A stretch of 64,000 nucleotides of DNA. Source: a bacterium (lineage in GTDB: Bacteria > Bacillota_I > Bacilli_A > RF39 > UBA660). The first letter of the stretch is position 1. Every line of letters starts with the position of its first letter. A model generated the notes under the pieces. That model did not search any database and was not told where the DNA came from. It saw only the letters and a list, made by a program, of their open reading frames with translations. Positions 21,282 through 31,855 of this stretch are shown here, in pieces. The DNA lies in contig JAQXOT010000011.1 in the NCBI GenBank assembly GCA_029099845.1, forward strand, positions 41,044-105,043, in the 5' to 3' direction. Both the position numbers and the translations under genes were made by a program.

Positions 21282-22077
21282 TGTTGTAGCAGTTAGTTTT
21301 AATAATAGTAAGAATATTGATTATTTGTTATATGATAATCTTTCATTAAAGAGGGGTAATTTTGTTGTTGTTGAGACAGATAATGGTTTGCAATTAGGCA
21401 TTGTAAAAAAGCCTGGCTATAAGGAAAAAAAAGAAAATTTAGTCTTACCACTTAAGAGTGTTTTACGTTTAGCTACTGAAGATGATATTAAGCAGGATGA
21501 AATTAATAAAAAAAATGCGGAAAAAGCCTTATGTGATGCCAAAAAATTTAGTAAAGAATTGGGTTTAAATATGAACTTTATCGAGGCTTTTTATAATTTA
21601 GATAGAACGCAGTTAATGTTTTATTTTTTAGCTGATGAACGTATTGATTTTAGGGATTTGGCTAAAAAGTTGGCCCAAAAATATAAAACACGTATTGAAT
21701 TAAGACAAATTGGTGTTCGTGATAAGGCAAAAAGAGTTGGTGGCTTGGGACCATGTGGTTTATTTTTATGTTGTAATTCTTTTTTAACTGATTTAAGCAG
21801 TGTTTCAATAAATATGGCTAAAAATCAATTTTTGGCATTAAATCCTACTAAAATTAATGGTGTATGTGGACGATTACTATGTTGTTTGGGATATGAAAAT
21901 GAATTATATTCTGAATTAAAGAAAGATTTACCAAAGATTGGCTCTATTATGGAAACTGAACATGGTTTAGGTAAGGTAGTAGAGGTTGATGTTTTTAAAC
22001 AATCATATAGTGTTGATTTGAAAAATAAAGGTATTGTTGTTTTTAATAAGGAAGAAGAAAATGGAAGTATTAAATGA
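21274..22077 (+). CDS. ricT: PSP1-domain protein RicT (YaaT)
   Basis: PSP1 C-terminal cysteine cluster GPCGLFLCC...GVCGRLLCC; position after holB. Confidence 0.85.
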   Translation: MYDVVAVSFNNSKNIDYLLYDNLSLKRGNFVVVETDNGLQLGIVKKPGYKEKKENLVLPLKSVLRLATEDDIKQDEINKKNAEKALCDAKKFSKELGLNMNFIEAFYNLDRTQLMFYFLADERIDFRDLAKKLAQKYKTRIELRQIGVRDKAKRVGGLGPCGLFLCCNSFLTDLSSVSINMAKNQFLALNPTKINGVCGRLLCCLGYENELYSELKKDLPKIGSIMETEHGLGKVVEVDVFKQSYSVDLKNKGIVVFNKEEENGSIK

Positions 22078-22792
22078 TATTTTAGGATATAAAAATAGAA
22101 AGATTTATCAAGATGATGACTGCTTTGCTTTTTCTTTAGATAGTGTTATGTTGGCTAATTTTGCGACAATTAGGTTGCGTGATAGAAAAATTTTGGATCT
22201 TGGTTGTGGAAATGGTGTGATTCCATTAATTTTGTCTTTACGATGTAATAAACCAATTGTTGGAATTGAAATTCAGTCGAAGTTAGCTGATATGGCAAAG
22301 AGGTCTGTTGAATATAATAATCTTGATTCACAAATTGCAATTGTTAATAGTGATATGAAATTATATGTTAAACCAGAAAATATAGGAATGTTTGATTTGA
22401 TTACATGTAATCCCCCATATTTTAAGGTTAATGAAAAAAATTATTTTAATTTAAGTCCTCAAAAATTGATTGCAAGACATGAAGTTAAAATCACGCTTAG
22501 TGATGTTTTTTCGGTTTCTAAAAAGTTATTAGCTAATAATGGAAATTTTGCTATGGTGCATAGACCTGAAAGATTACTTGAAATTTTAACTTTGTTTAGA
22601 GAAAATGGAATTGAGCCTAAGAGATTACAATTTGTGTATGAAAAGGTTTCTAAGGAGTCAACATTGGTGCTTGTTGAGGGGCAAAAAAATGGGAAGCCTG
22701 GTTTGAAAATTGAAAAACCATTTATTTTATATAATGAGGATGGTAGTAAGACTTTAGAGTATGAAAATTTATTTGTGGAGGTTTTAAAATGA
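22061..22792 (+). CDS. tRNA1(Val) (adenine37-N6)-methyltransferase-like SAM methyltransferase (YabB/TrmN6)
   Basis: DLGCGNGVIPL SAM motif and NPPY motif; synteny. Confidence 0.75.
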   Translation: MEVLNDILGYKNRKIYQDDDCFAFSLDSVMLANFATIRLRDRKILDLGCGNGVIPLILSLRCNKPIVGIEIQSKLADMAKRSVEYNNLDSQIAIVNSDMKLYVKPENIGMFDLITCNPPYFKVNEKNYFNLSPQKLIARHEVKITLSDVFSVSKKLLANNGNFAMVHRPERLLEILTLFRENGIEPKRLQFVYEKVSKESTLVLVEGQKNGKPGLKIEKPFILYNEDGSKTLEYENLFVEVLK

Positions 22793-23628
22793 GACAAAAG
22801 AGTTATGATGATAGTGCAAGTTTATATTTAATACCAACTCCTATTGGTAATTTAGATGATATTACTGTGAGGGCATTAAAAACTTTAGAGTCTGTTGATT
22901 TTATTTTATGTGAAGATACTAGGGAAACAGGAAAACTTCTTAGTAGATATAATATTAAAAAAAGATTGGTTAGTTGTCATGAATTTAATGAGGAAAAGGT
23001 TAGAAGTTATGTTGTTGATGAGCTTAAAAAGGGTCTTAATATCGGTCTAGTTACTGATCAGGGAACACCTATTATTAGTGATCCTGGATATATAGTTACT
23101 AAAGAGGTTGTTAGATGTGGATTTAATGTTATTAGTTTACCTGGTGCAACGGCTTTTGTTCCAGCTTTGACTAGTTCTGCGATACAGCCTGCTCCATTTA
23201 TTTTTTATGGCTTTTTAAATTCTAAAAATAGTAAACAAAAGAAAGAATTAGAGTATTTGAAAAACTTACCATATACACTTATTTTTTATGAAGCTCCACA
23301 TAGAATTAAGGACACTTTAAAAAATATTTTGGAAGTGTTTGGAGATCGAAATATGGCTTTGGCGAGGGAATTATCAAAGATTCATGAGGAAATTTGTCGT
23401 GATACCGTAAGCGGAATTCTTGAAATTGTTGATAGCATGAAGGGCGAATTTGTTTTAGTTGTTGATGGATGTCATGATGCGGTTGATTATAGTGATTTAA
23501 GTATTTTAGAACATGTTCAAATGTATTTGGAAGATGGTATGAGTGAAAAAGATGCAATAAAGTTGGTTGCAAAAGAAAGAAATGTGGCAAAATCTTTAGT
23601 TTATAAAGAATATCATATGGGGAAGTGA
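22789..23628 (+). CDS. rsmI: 16S rRNA C1402 2'-O-methyltransferase
   Basis: Tetrapyrrole-methylase fold, LYLIPTPIGNLDDIT N-terminus. Confidence 0.9.
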   Translation: MRQKSYDDSASLYLIPTPIGNLDDITVRALKTLESVDFILCEDTRETGKLLSRYNIKKRLVSCHEFNEEKVRSYVVDELKKGLNIGLVTDQGTPIISDPGYIVTKEVVRCGFNVISLPGATAFVPALTSSAIQPAPFIFYGFLNSKNSKQKKELEYLKNLPYTLIFYEAPHRIKDTLKNILEVFGDRNMALARELSKIHEEICRDTVSGILEIVDSMKGEFVLVVDGCHDAVDYSDLSILEHVQMYLEDGMSEKDAIKLVAKERNVAKSLVYKEYHMGK

Positions 23629-23632
23629 TATA

Positions 23633-24202
23633 ATGAAATTGATTGTAGGATTAGGAAATCCAGGAAAAGAATATGAGTATACCCGTCATAATATGGGGTT
23701 TTTAGTTATTGATAATTATTTATGTAAAAAGAAAATAGAAGCTTCTTGGCAAAAAAAGTTTAATTCTTTGTATATGATTAGTTACATCAATGGTGAAAAG
23801 GTCATTTTTTTAAAACCACAGACATATATGAATTTATCTGGTGAGGCAGTTAGAGAAGTTGTTAATTTTTTTAAAATAGATATTAATGATATTTTAATTA
23901 TTTCTGATGATTTAGATTTATCAATTGGAAATTTCAAATTGAAATTGCGTGGTTCTAGTGGAGGGCATAATGGTTTAAAAAGTATTTCTGAGTGTCTTGG
24001 TACTAATGATTATAAGCGTTTAAAAATTGGTATTGCTAAGGATAAGAGTGTTGATATAAAGGATTATGTTTTAGGAAAAATATCTTCTTTTGATTTAGCG
24101 GTTTATGGTAAATTATTTGATAATTTAGTATTAGTAATTGATGATTATTTTAGATTACCATTTTCAGATTTAATGAGTAAGTATAACCAAAAGAATAGGT
24201 GA
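23633..24202 (+). CDS. pth: peptidyl-tRNA hydrolase
   Basis: LIVGLGNPG...TRHNMGF N-terminus; GHNGLKS. Confidence 0.95.
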   Translation: MKLIVGLGNPGKEYEYTRHNMGFLVIDNYLCKKKIEASWQKKFNSLYMISYINGEKVIFLKPQTYMNLSGEAVREVVNFFKIDINDILIISDDLDLSIGNFKLKLRGSSGGHNGLKSISECLGTNDYKRLKIGIAKDKSVDIKDYVLGKISSFDLAVYGKLFDNLVLVIDDYFRLPFSDLMSKYNQKNR

Positions 24203-27200
24203 TTAATTTGGATTTTTTAAATGATTTTATTGATATAGATTTGCAAAAAAACATGGCTATATCGGGTCTTACCGATGAGTTTTTTTGTGTTTATTTAAGC
24301 AACATTTTAAAAAATAATAAGAAAAACATTTTGGTTGTTGTTAATTCTTTATTTGAAGCTAATAGTTTATATTCTTCATTATCTTCATATACTGATAGGG
24401 TTTCTTTATTTCCTATGGATGATTTTCTTACTAGTGAAGCTTTAGCTATTAGTCCAGATCTTAGAATTACTCGATTAGAAACACTTAATAAATTAGTTAA
24501 TGGAGAAAGAAATATTGTTATTACCAATTTGATGGGTCTTTTACGTTTTTTGCCTAGTATTGAAACTTATCGTGAACATGTTTTAAAGTTGGATATTGGG
24601 GAGAATATTGAACCTAAAGCAATGGCTGAATTTTTGATTAATAGTGGTTATTCTCGTGATACTATAGTTAATAAAACTGGCGAATTTGCAGTGAGGGGAT
24701 TTGTTGTTGATGTTTTTCCTATTGATGAGGATTTTCCTATTCGTATTGAGTTTTTTGATGATGATATTGAATCAATCAGGTATTTTGATCCGGATAGTCA
24801 AAAGTCTATTAAATCTATTGATAGTATTTCAATTAATCCCTTTTTTGAATTTTTATCTACAAAAACTGTGGAAGATAATAAATTTGGTAAGCAAAAGTAT
24901 TTACCAGAGGTGGAAAAAGTTGTTTCCATTTGTAATTATTTGGATGATGGTTTAGTTTTTTTTAAAGATTATGAACAGTTAAAATTAGGTTATCAGCAAA
25001 TTGCTGAAGATATTATTACGTATAGGGAAAGTCATGATGAGAAGTTTAATGGTAAATATATGTTTGAACTTTGTGATATAAATCCTTCTTTTCCTATATA
25101 TTATATGAGTATTAATAATTTGTTAGATAATAATAAGTATTCAAAAATTGTTAATTTTGGAGTTAAAACTATTAGTAATTTTTCTGAAAATATTGATCAA
25201 ATTAATAGTTTTATTCGAAAAGCCATTGATAAGAATATGACGGTTCTTATTTGTTTAAAAGCATATCAGCTTGCAAGTTTAGTAAAAAGGTTAGTTGTTC
25301 CTTATGTCGATAGTAGTTTTGATTCAATAAAAATTGGAAAAGTTAATTTAATTGAATGTGAGATTAATGCGGGTTTTATTTATAAAAACATTATTGTTTT
25401 ATCGGCACATGAGTTGTTTTTATCAAAAGAAAAAAATAAGAAATATAATACCAAATTTAAGTATTCTACTAGTATATCTGATTTTTCTAAATTATCGATT
25501 GGTGATTATGTTGTTCATAATGTTCATGGAATCGGTATTTATAATGGTATAAAGACGTTGTCTTCTAACGGTATAACTAAAGATTATTTAGAAATTTTAT
25601 ATCAAGGTACTGATAAAATATATATTCCTGTTGAAAAAATTGAATTGATAAGTAAGTATTCAGGTAATGAAGGCATGGTCCCTAAAGTAAATAAACTTGG
25701 TGGTACTGAATGGGCTAAAACGAAGGCGAGAGTTAGAAAAAAAGTTACTGATATAGCAGATAAGTTATTAGCTTTGTATGCTGAAAGAGAAGCGCGAAAA
25801 GGTTTTGCTTTTTCTCCTGATTGTGATATGTCTTTAGAATTTGAGAGGGATTTTCCATATCAGTTAACTAAAGATCAAGCTAATGCTATTGTTCAGATAA
25901 AAAAGGATATGGAATCTTCAACACCAATGGACCGCTTATTGTGTGGTGATGTTGGTTTTGGTAAAACTGAGGTTGCTTTTGTTGCGGCCTTTAAGGCTAT
26001 TCTTGATTCTAAACAGGTACTTTTCTTATGCCCAACAACGATTTTATCGAATCAACATTATGAAAATGCTCAAAAGAGATTTGAAAATTTTCCTGTTTCA
26101 ATTGGTTTACTTAATCGCTTTACTTCAGAAAGCGAGGTAAAACGTATTTTAGCTGGCTTAAAAGATGGGACAATAGACTTGGTTTTTGGAACACATCGAC
26201 TATTGAGCGATGATGTTGTAGTTAAGGATTTAGGACTTTTGATTATAGACGAGGAACAAAGATTTGGGGTTTTACACAAAGAAAAAATTAAGCAATATAA
26301 AACAAATGTTGATGTATTAACGTTAACGGCAACTCCAATTCCTAGAACATTACAAATGTCTTTGGTTGGTATTAGAAGTTTATCATTAATTGAAACTCCG
26401 CCAATTAATCGTTATCCTGTTCAGACTTATGTTATTGAAGAAAATTTGCAAATTATTAGAGATGCTATTTACAAGGAGCTTAGTCGTGGGGGACAAACCT
26501 TTGTTTTATATAATAGGGTTCAATCAATAGAAGAAGAAAGGCTAAAAATTAGTAATTTGGTTCCAGAAGCAAGGGTAGCTGTAGCACATGGACAAATGAC
26601 TAAAAATGAACTTGAGGGCAGAATCATTGATTTTGTTGATCATAAATATGATGTTTTGGTTTGTACGACTATTATTGAAACTGGGATTGATATTCCCAAT
26701 GTTAATACGTTAATCATTATTGATGCTGATAATTTTGGATTGAGTCAATTATATCAAATACGTGGTAGAGTGGGAAGAAGTGATCAATTTGCTTATGCAT
26801 ATTTGATGTATAATCCTGCTAAAGTTTTAACGGAGACGGCAGTTAAACGTTTGAATGTAATCAAAGAGTTTACAGAACTTGGCAGTGGTTTTTCAATTGC
26901 AACGAGAGATTTATCTATACGTGGTGCTGGTGATATCCTTGGTAGTGAGCAAGCCGGCTTTATTGATTCTGTTGGAATAGATTTATTCTTAAAAATGCTT
27001 AATGATGAAGTTAATATTAAGAAAAATATTATCAATGATGATGCAACTGATTTAGAAAATGATACTATGCCACTTATAAATGTTAGTACCCATATTGATG
27101 ATTCTTACGTTAGTGAGGATGATTTAAAAATTGAAATTCATCGAAAAATTAGTGAAATTGATTCAGAGAAAAAATTTGTTGAAATTAAGAATGAACTAGA

Positions 27201-27528
27201 AGATAGATTTGGACGTTTAAATGATGATTTAATTGTTTATATGTATGAGGAATGGTTTGAAAAATTAGCTAATAAGTTAAAAATAAAGAAAGTTAAACAA
27301 ACAAAAAATTCTATTGAGATATATTTTTCAGGAGATATTGTTTCTAAAATGGATACTGAGACAATATTTATGGATGCCTTTTATATAACTAATATGTTTA
27401 GATTTATTAGTCGTGGTAATGATTTAATTATTGTTTTGGATATTATTAAATTGGACAAGCATCCTATTTATTATTTAGTGGAATTGTTAGATAAAATTTA
27501 TACTAAATTTGGAAATAAGATTGACTAA
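24199..27528 (+). CDS. mfd: transcription-repair coupling factor
   Basis: 1109 aa; DEAD/DEAH helicase motifs GDVGFGKTEVA and DEEQRFG; TRG motif; pth-mfd synteny; GTG start. Confidence 0.95.
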   Translation: MINLDFLNDFIDIDLQKNMAISGLTDEFFCVYLSNILKNNKKNILVVVNSLFEANSLYSSLSSYTDRVSLFPMDDFLTSEALAISPDLRITRLETLNKLVNGERNIVITNLMGLLRFLPSIETYREHVLKLDIGENIEPKAMAEFLINSGYSRDTIVNKTGEFAVRGFVVDVFPIDEDFPIRIEFFDDDIESIRYFDPDSQKSIKSIDSISINPFFEFLSTKTVEDNKFGKQKYLPEVEKVVSICNYLDDGLVFFKDYEQLKLGYQQIAEDIITYRESHDEKFNGKYMFELCDINPSFPIYYMSINNLLDNNKYSKIVNFGVKTISNFSENIDQINSFIRKAIDKNMTVLICLKAYQLASLVKRLVVPYVDSSFDSIKIGKVNLIECEINAGFIYKNIIVLSAHELFLSKEKNKKYNTKFKYSTSISDFSKLSIGDYVVHNVHGIGIYNGIKTLSSNGITKDYLEILYQGTDKIYIPVEKIELISKYSGNEGMVPKVNKLGGTEWAKTKARVRKKVTDIADKLLALYAEREARKGFAFSPDCDMSLEFERDFPYQLTKDQANAIVQIKKDMESSTPMDRLLCGDVGFGKTEVAFVAAFKAILDSKQVLFLCPTTILSNQHYENAQKRFENFPVSIGLLNRFTSESEVKRILAGLKDGTIDLVFGTHRLLSDDVVVKDLGLLIIDEEQRFGVLHKEKIKQYKTNVDVLTLTATPIPRTLQMSLVGIRSLSLIETPPINRYPVQTYVIEENLQIIRDAIYKELSRGGQTFVLYNRVQSIEEERLKISNLVPEARVAVAHGQMTKNELEGRIIDFVDHKYDVLVCTTIIETGIDIPNVNTLIIIDADNFGLSQLYQIRGRVGRSDQFAYAYLMYNPAKVLTETAVKRLNVIKEFTELGSGFSIATRDLSIRGAGDILGSEQAGFIDSVGIDLFLKMLNDEVNIKKNIINDDATDLENDTMPLINVSTHIDDSYVSEDDLKIEIHRKISEIDSEKKFVEIKNELEDRFGRLNDDLIVYMYEEWFEKLANKLKIKKVKQTKNSIEIYFSGDIVSKMDTETIFMDAFYITNMFRFISRGNDLIIVLDIIKLDKHPIYYLVELLDKIYTKFGNKID

Positions 27529-27572
27529 TTAGGTAAACTTTTGTTTAACTTATAATACTAGGAGGAAGAATA

Positions 27573-28229
27573 ATGAACGATACTGTTGCTGAATTAAGAA
27601 AAAATCATCTAATGAACTATAAAAATGCTTTGATGGAGAATGTTAAGAATAATACTAACGTATTGGTTGATGAAGACATTATGTCATTATTGAAAAAACC
27701 ACCACTTGATTCTATGGATTTAATAAAAACTAAATTTTTAGATATGGCTAAAAAAAATAAAGTTATTTTGAATACGGAAAATCTTAATGGTATGATAATT
27801 CAATATCGTGATGATTTAATTAAAGTTTGTCCTAAATTAAAAGAGATTAGGATTAATAGTTTAAATAGTAAAATTGAGGAATTTAAGTTGAATGATGATT
27901 TAGATGTTTTCAAATTGGCTAAAAAAGACTTTATTGTGATTAATAAAGAGCTTAAGAAAGCTATTAAAGAACATATTAAAAAGTATATTGATGAGGATAT
28001 TATTAATAAACTTGATTGTTTATTTTTAGATGATGTTGATATTGAGAAGAAGGAAAAGATTATTTTGGAAGTTAGTAAGTTTATAAATAGTTCTTATCAA
28101 AAACAGTTACTTGAAAATATTGATTTTAAGATTTTGGTTAAGGATACAATTTTAATGAATGGTGTTAAAGAACAAAATGAGCGATATCTTTTTACTTTAA
28201 ATAATTCTAGAATATTTAGTGATTTATAG
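27573..28229 (+). CDS. hypothetical protein (charged, helical)
   Basis: ORF with a GGAGG RBS; no recognisable motif. Confidence 0.5.
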   Translation: MNDTVAELRKNHLMNYKNALMENVKNNTNVLVDEDIMSLLKKPPLDSMDLIKTKFLDMAKKNKVILNTENLNGMIIQYRDDLIKVCPKLKEIRINSLNSKIEEFKLNDDLDVFKLAKKDFIVINKELKKAIKEHIKKYIDEDIINKLDCLFLDDVDIEKKEKIILEVSKFINSSYQKQLLENIDFKILVKDTILMNGVKEQNERYLFTLNNSRIFSDL

Positions 28230-28352
28230 GGCAGTTTGAGCTGTCTTTTTTTATGGAAATATTTACCAAGGGAAAAATTGGAAATATTGTTTATAATATT
28301 ATTGAGAAGCAAATATTAGTATAAATGATGGAGTTTTAGGAAAAATATAAGT

Positions 28353-28907
28353 ATGAAGAAAGTGAGGAATAATTTTATGAAGTCAACTGGTGTTGTTAGA
28401 AGAGTAGATGATTTAGGACGAATCGTTATTCCAAAAGAAATTCGACGTACTCTAAGAATTCGTGATGGTGAAGCTTTAGAAATATTTGTTGATAGTGAAA
28501 TGATTGCGTTAAGAAAGTTTTCTAAAATGACGGATATAAGTGAGGTTGCTAAAGAGTTAGTAGATATAATTAATAGTAATATAAATAAAACTGTATTGAT
28601 TACTGATCGTGATAAATTTATTGCTGGTTCTGGTTCTTTAAAAAAAAATTATGTGGAAAAGAACATTTCTAAGTTTTTAGAAAATATAATGTCAGATAGA
28701 AAAAGTGTTGTTGAAACAAGTAAACATCCAATTGAATTAGTAGAAAATTTTAAAGAGTCTCTTGCTTATGTAATATATCCTATTATTATGAATGGTGATG
28801 CTATGGGATTAGTATTAGTCATATCAGATAAGAGTGATATTGGTCAATTGGAAGAAAAATTAGTTAATATAACGGCCCAATTTCTTGGAAAACATATTGA
28901 AGAATAG
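28353..28907 (+). CDS. spoVT: stage V sporulation protein T (AbrB-type N-domain + GAF domain)
   Basis: STGVVRRVDDLGRIVIPKEIRRTLRIRDGEALEIFVD swapped-hairpin AbrB domain; 184 aa; mfd-spoVT synteny. Confidence 0.85.
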   Translation: MKKVRNNFMKSTGVVRRVDDLGRIVIPKEIRRTLRIRDGEALEIFVDSEMIALRKFSKMTDISEVAKELVDIINSNINKTVLITDRDKFIAGSGSLKKNYVEKNISKFLENIMSDRKSVVETSKHPIELVENFKESLAYVIYPIIMNGDAMGLVLVISDKSDIGQLEEKLVNITAQFLGKHIEE

Positions 28908-28924
28908 AAAATTTTATGTTATAA

Positions 28925-29165
28925 TTTGTCCATATCTCAAATGTTGTGATGAAGAATTCTAAAAAATTGAGCTATGAAAGAGAACTCTGTTGGTGGAAAT
29001 GAGGATAGTTTTTTTTAGAGTATGGCTTTTGAACTACTATATCGATATGTAGATATGGTCGTAGATAGGCGTTAACTATTTAAGTGTGTGATAATGAATT
29101 ATTATAAAGTAAGGTGGTACCGCGGAGAAATTCGTCCTTATGTTTATAGTAATTTTTTTATTGGA
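28925..29165 (+). promoter_or_regulatory. T-box riboswitch leader controlling metG
   Basis: Canonical T-box AAGGTGGTACCGCGG at 29111..29125, a downstream T-run terminator (29151..29160), and AUG codons in the upstream specifier region. Confidence 0.75.
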
Positions 29166-29187
29166 TTATAGTTTAGGAGGAATAATT

Positions 29188-30735
29188 ATGAAGAAAAAGT
29201 TTTATATTACAACAGCAATTGCTTATACATCTGGTAAACCACATATTGGTAATACTTATGAGGCTGTGTTAGCTGATGCTATTGCTAGATATAAAAGACA
29301 AAGAGGATTTGATGTTTATTTACAAACCGGTACTGATGAACATGGAGTTAAAATTGAGGAAAAGGCTTTGCAAAAAGGTGTTACACCACAGGAATTTGTT
29401 GATGATGTAGCTGCTGAAATTAAAAGAATTTGGGATTTAATGGATGTTAGTTATGATAAGTTTGTTAGAACTACAGATAAGCATCATGAAGAAGTAGTAC
29501 AACATATTTTTAAGAAAATGTATGAAAATGGTGATATTTATAAAGGAGAATATAAAGGCCTTTATTGTACGCCTTGTGAGTCATTTTGGACAGAATCACA
29601 ATTAGTGGATGGTAAATGTCCTGATTGTGGACGAGATGTTGAAATTTCTAGTGAAGAGGCTTACTTTTTTAAATTATCAAAATATCAAGACCGTTTGGAG
29701 AAATATTTTGATGAACATCCAAATTTTATTTTGCCAGTATCTAGAAAAAATGAGATGATAAATAACTTTATTAAACCAGGGCTTCAAGATTTATGTGTAT
29801 CACGGACTTCCATTAAATGGGGAATTCCTGTTTCTTTTGATGATAAACATGTTGTTTATGTTTGGCTTGATGCTTTGACTAATTATATTACTAATATCGG
29901 ATATGATGTAGATAATGAGACTGATGAATTTAAAAGGTTATGGCCAGCCGATTTACAAATTATTGGTAAAGATATTGTTCGTTTTCATTCTATCTATTGG
30001 CCTTGCTTTTTATGGTCTTTAGGCTTAGAGTTACCTAAACAATTATTTGGTCATCCTTGGCTTTTAACTAATAATGATAAAATTGGTAAATCAAGAGGAA
30101 ATGCTATTTATGCTGATGATTTAGTTGAAAAGTTTGGTTTAGATGCAGTAAGATTTTATTTGTTACACGAAATGCCTTTTGCAAATGATGGTAATATTAC
30201 ATATGATTTATTGATTGAGAGAATTAATGGTGAACTTGCTAATGTGTTAGGTAATTTGGTTCAAAGGACAATTTCAATGGGAAATAAGTATTTTGATGGA
30301 AAAGTTACTAATAAAAAAGTTAATTTGGATGTTGATAATAATTTTATAGAACTTATTAATGGTTTAAATAAAAAATTAGAAGATAAGATGGATAATTACT
30401 TAGTAAGTGATGCACTTACTGAAATATTCAGTGTTTTGAGAGCTAGTAATAAGTATATTGATGATACTACACCATGGATACTTGCAAAAGATGAATCATC
30501 TAGGGATAGATTAGAAACAGTTCTTTATAATTTATTAGAAGCTATTAGAGTATGTGCTGTTTTATTAGTTCCATTTATGAGAAATACTAGTGAAAAAATA
30601 TTGCACCAATTAAATAATAGTGTTGATAGTTTCTATTATGTTTCTGATAATAATTATGAGTTAGGGCAACCAGAAGTTTTATTCCAACGATTAGATAAAG
30701 AACAACTTTTAAAAGAGTTAAATGATGTAAAATAG
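29188..30735 (+). CDS. metG: methionyl-tRNA synthetase (short form)
   Basis: HIGN (PHIGNTYE), zinc knuckles CTPCE/CPDCG, KMSKS-type KIGKSRGN. Start moved to MKKKFYITTA, which has a GGAGG RBS. Confidence 0.95.
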   Translation: MKKKFYITTAIAYTSGKPHIGNTYEAVLADAIARYKRQRGFDVYLQTGTDEHGVKIEEKALQKGVTPQEFVDDVAAEIKRIWDLMDVSYDKFVRTTDKHHEEVVQHIFKKMYENGDIYKGEYKGLYCTPCESFWTESQLVDGKCPDCGRDVEISSEEAYFFKLSKYQDRLEKYFDEHPNFILPVSRKNEMINNFIKPGLQDLCVSRTSIKWGIPVSFDDKHVVYVWLDALTNYITNIGYDVDNETDEFKRLWPADLQIIGKDIVRFHSIYWPCFLWSLGLELPKQLFGHPWLLTNNDKIGKSRGNAIYADDLVEKFGLDAVRFYLLHEMPFANDGNITYDLLIERINGELANVLGNLVQRTISMGNKYFDGKVTNKKVNLDVDNNFIELINGLNKKLEDKMDNYLVSDALTEIFSVLRASNKYIDDTTPWILAKDESSRDRLETVLYNLLEAIRVCAVLLVPFMRNTSEKILHQLNNSVDSFYYVSDNNYELGQPEVLFQRLDKEQLLKELNDVK

Positions 30736-30849
30736 TGTCTAAAGAAAAATAAAAGAAAGTTTCTTAGTTGTAACTTTCTTTTATTGTGTTATATTTAATT
30801 GTGTTGTAATGCAGTTAGATGTATAAATTATTTTAATGAGGAGATTTAT

Positions 30850-31023
30850 ATGACTAATAAGTTACTTAAAAAGTTTTCTATTGATATATTTTTTATTGTA
30901 GTTAGTTTACTGTTAATTATTTCAATTATTCAAACTGCAAATATTATAGATATTGCTTATTTTTGTTGTGTTATCTATTATTATGCGAGAATTAAAATAT
31001 GTAGATGTAAAAAGTGCCACTAA
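30850..31023 (+). CDS. small hydrophobic Cys-rich peptide (57 aa), hypothetical
   Basis: GAGGAG RBS, one TM helix, C-terminal CCVIYYYARIKICRCKKCH. Confidence 0.3.
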   Translation: MTNKLLKKFSIDIFFIVVSLLLIISIIQTANIIDIAYFCCVIYYYARIKICRCKKCH

Positions 31024-31052
31024 TATGGTATTTTTGTTTTGGAGGTATTTTT

Positions 31053-31805
31053 ATGTTTGTAGATACACATTGTCATTTGTCTTCAGAGGATTATGATGAT
31101 ATAGATTTAGTAATAAAGGAAAATTTAGATAATGGTGTTTCTAAAATGATTATTTCTGCTTGTACATTTGAGACTTTGGATGAGGCTCTTTCTATTAGTA
31201 AGAAAAATGATTGTGTTTATGTTACTTTAGGCTTTCATCCATCGGAAGCTTTGGTGATTGATGATGCAAAATTAAAGCTATTGGCGGAAAAATTACAGGA
31301 TGATAAAGTTGTTGGTGTTGGAGAGATTGGACTAGATTATCATTATGGCAAGGATATGAGAGATTTACAAATTGAACTATTTGAAAGGCAACTTTCTTTG
31401 GCTCAAGAATTAAATTTACCGGTCGTTATTCATAGTAGAGATGCTACACTTGATACAATTAATACTTTGAAAAAATATAAGGTTAAGGGAATAATACATT
31501 GTTTTAGTGGCAGTTTAGAAATAGCTAAGGAGTATGTTTCATTAGGGTATAAACTAGGTATTGGTGGGGTTGTTACTTTTAGTAATTCTAAGTTGAGTGA
31601 TGTTGTTGCTGAAATTGGTCTTGAAAATATTGTTTTAGAGACAGATAGTCCTTACTTAACTCCAGTTCCATTTAGAGGAAAAAAGAATAGTTCAAAGTAT
31701 ATATATTTAGTAGCAAAAAAGATAAGTGAAATTTATTCGGTTTCTTTGGATGAAGTAGCTAAAATCACTACCGATAATTCTTTGTCATTGTTTGACTTGA
31801 AATAA
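31053..31805 (+). CDS. tatD: TatD-family metal-dependent DNase
   Basis: MFVDTHCHL start, HSRDA, IHCFSG and ETDSPYL motifs. Confidence 0.9.
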   Translation: MFVDTHCHLSSEDYDDIDLVIKENLDNGVSKMIISACTFETLDEALSISKKNDCVYVTLGFHPSEALVIDDAKLKLLAEKLQDDKVVGVGEIGLDYHYGKDMRDLQIELFERQLSLAQELNLPVVIHSRDATLDTINTLKKYKVKGIIHCFSGSLEIAKEYVSLGYKLGIGGVVTFSNSKLSDVVAEIGLENIVLETDSPYLTPVPFRGKKNSSKYIYLVAKKISEIYSVSLDEVAKITTDNSLSLFDLK

Positions 31806-31855
31806 AAATTGTGGTACTCTTTATTTGATAATGGAGATAATTAGGGGTTGATTCA

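Noticed and set aside
30799-31023. 74-aa ORF start at 30799
   Set aside because: The first 17 codons lack an RBS, so the shorter 57-aa version from 30850 (GAGGAG RBS) is reported instead, at low confidence.
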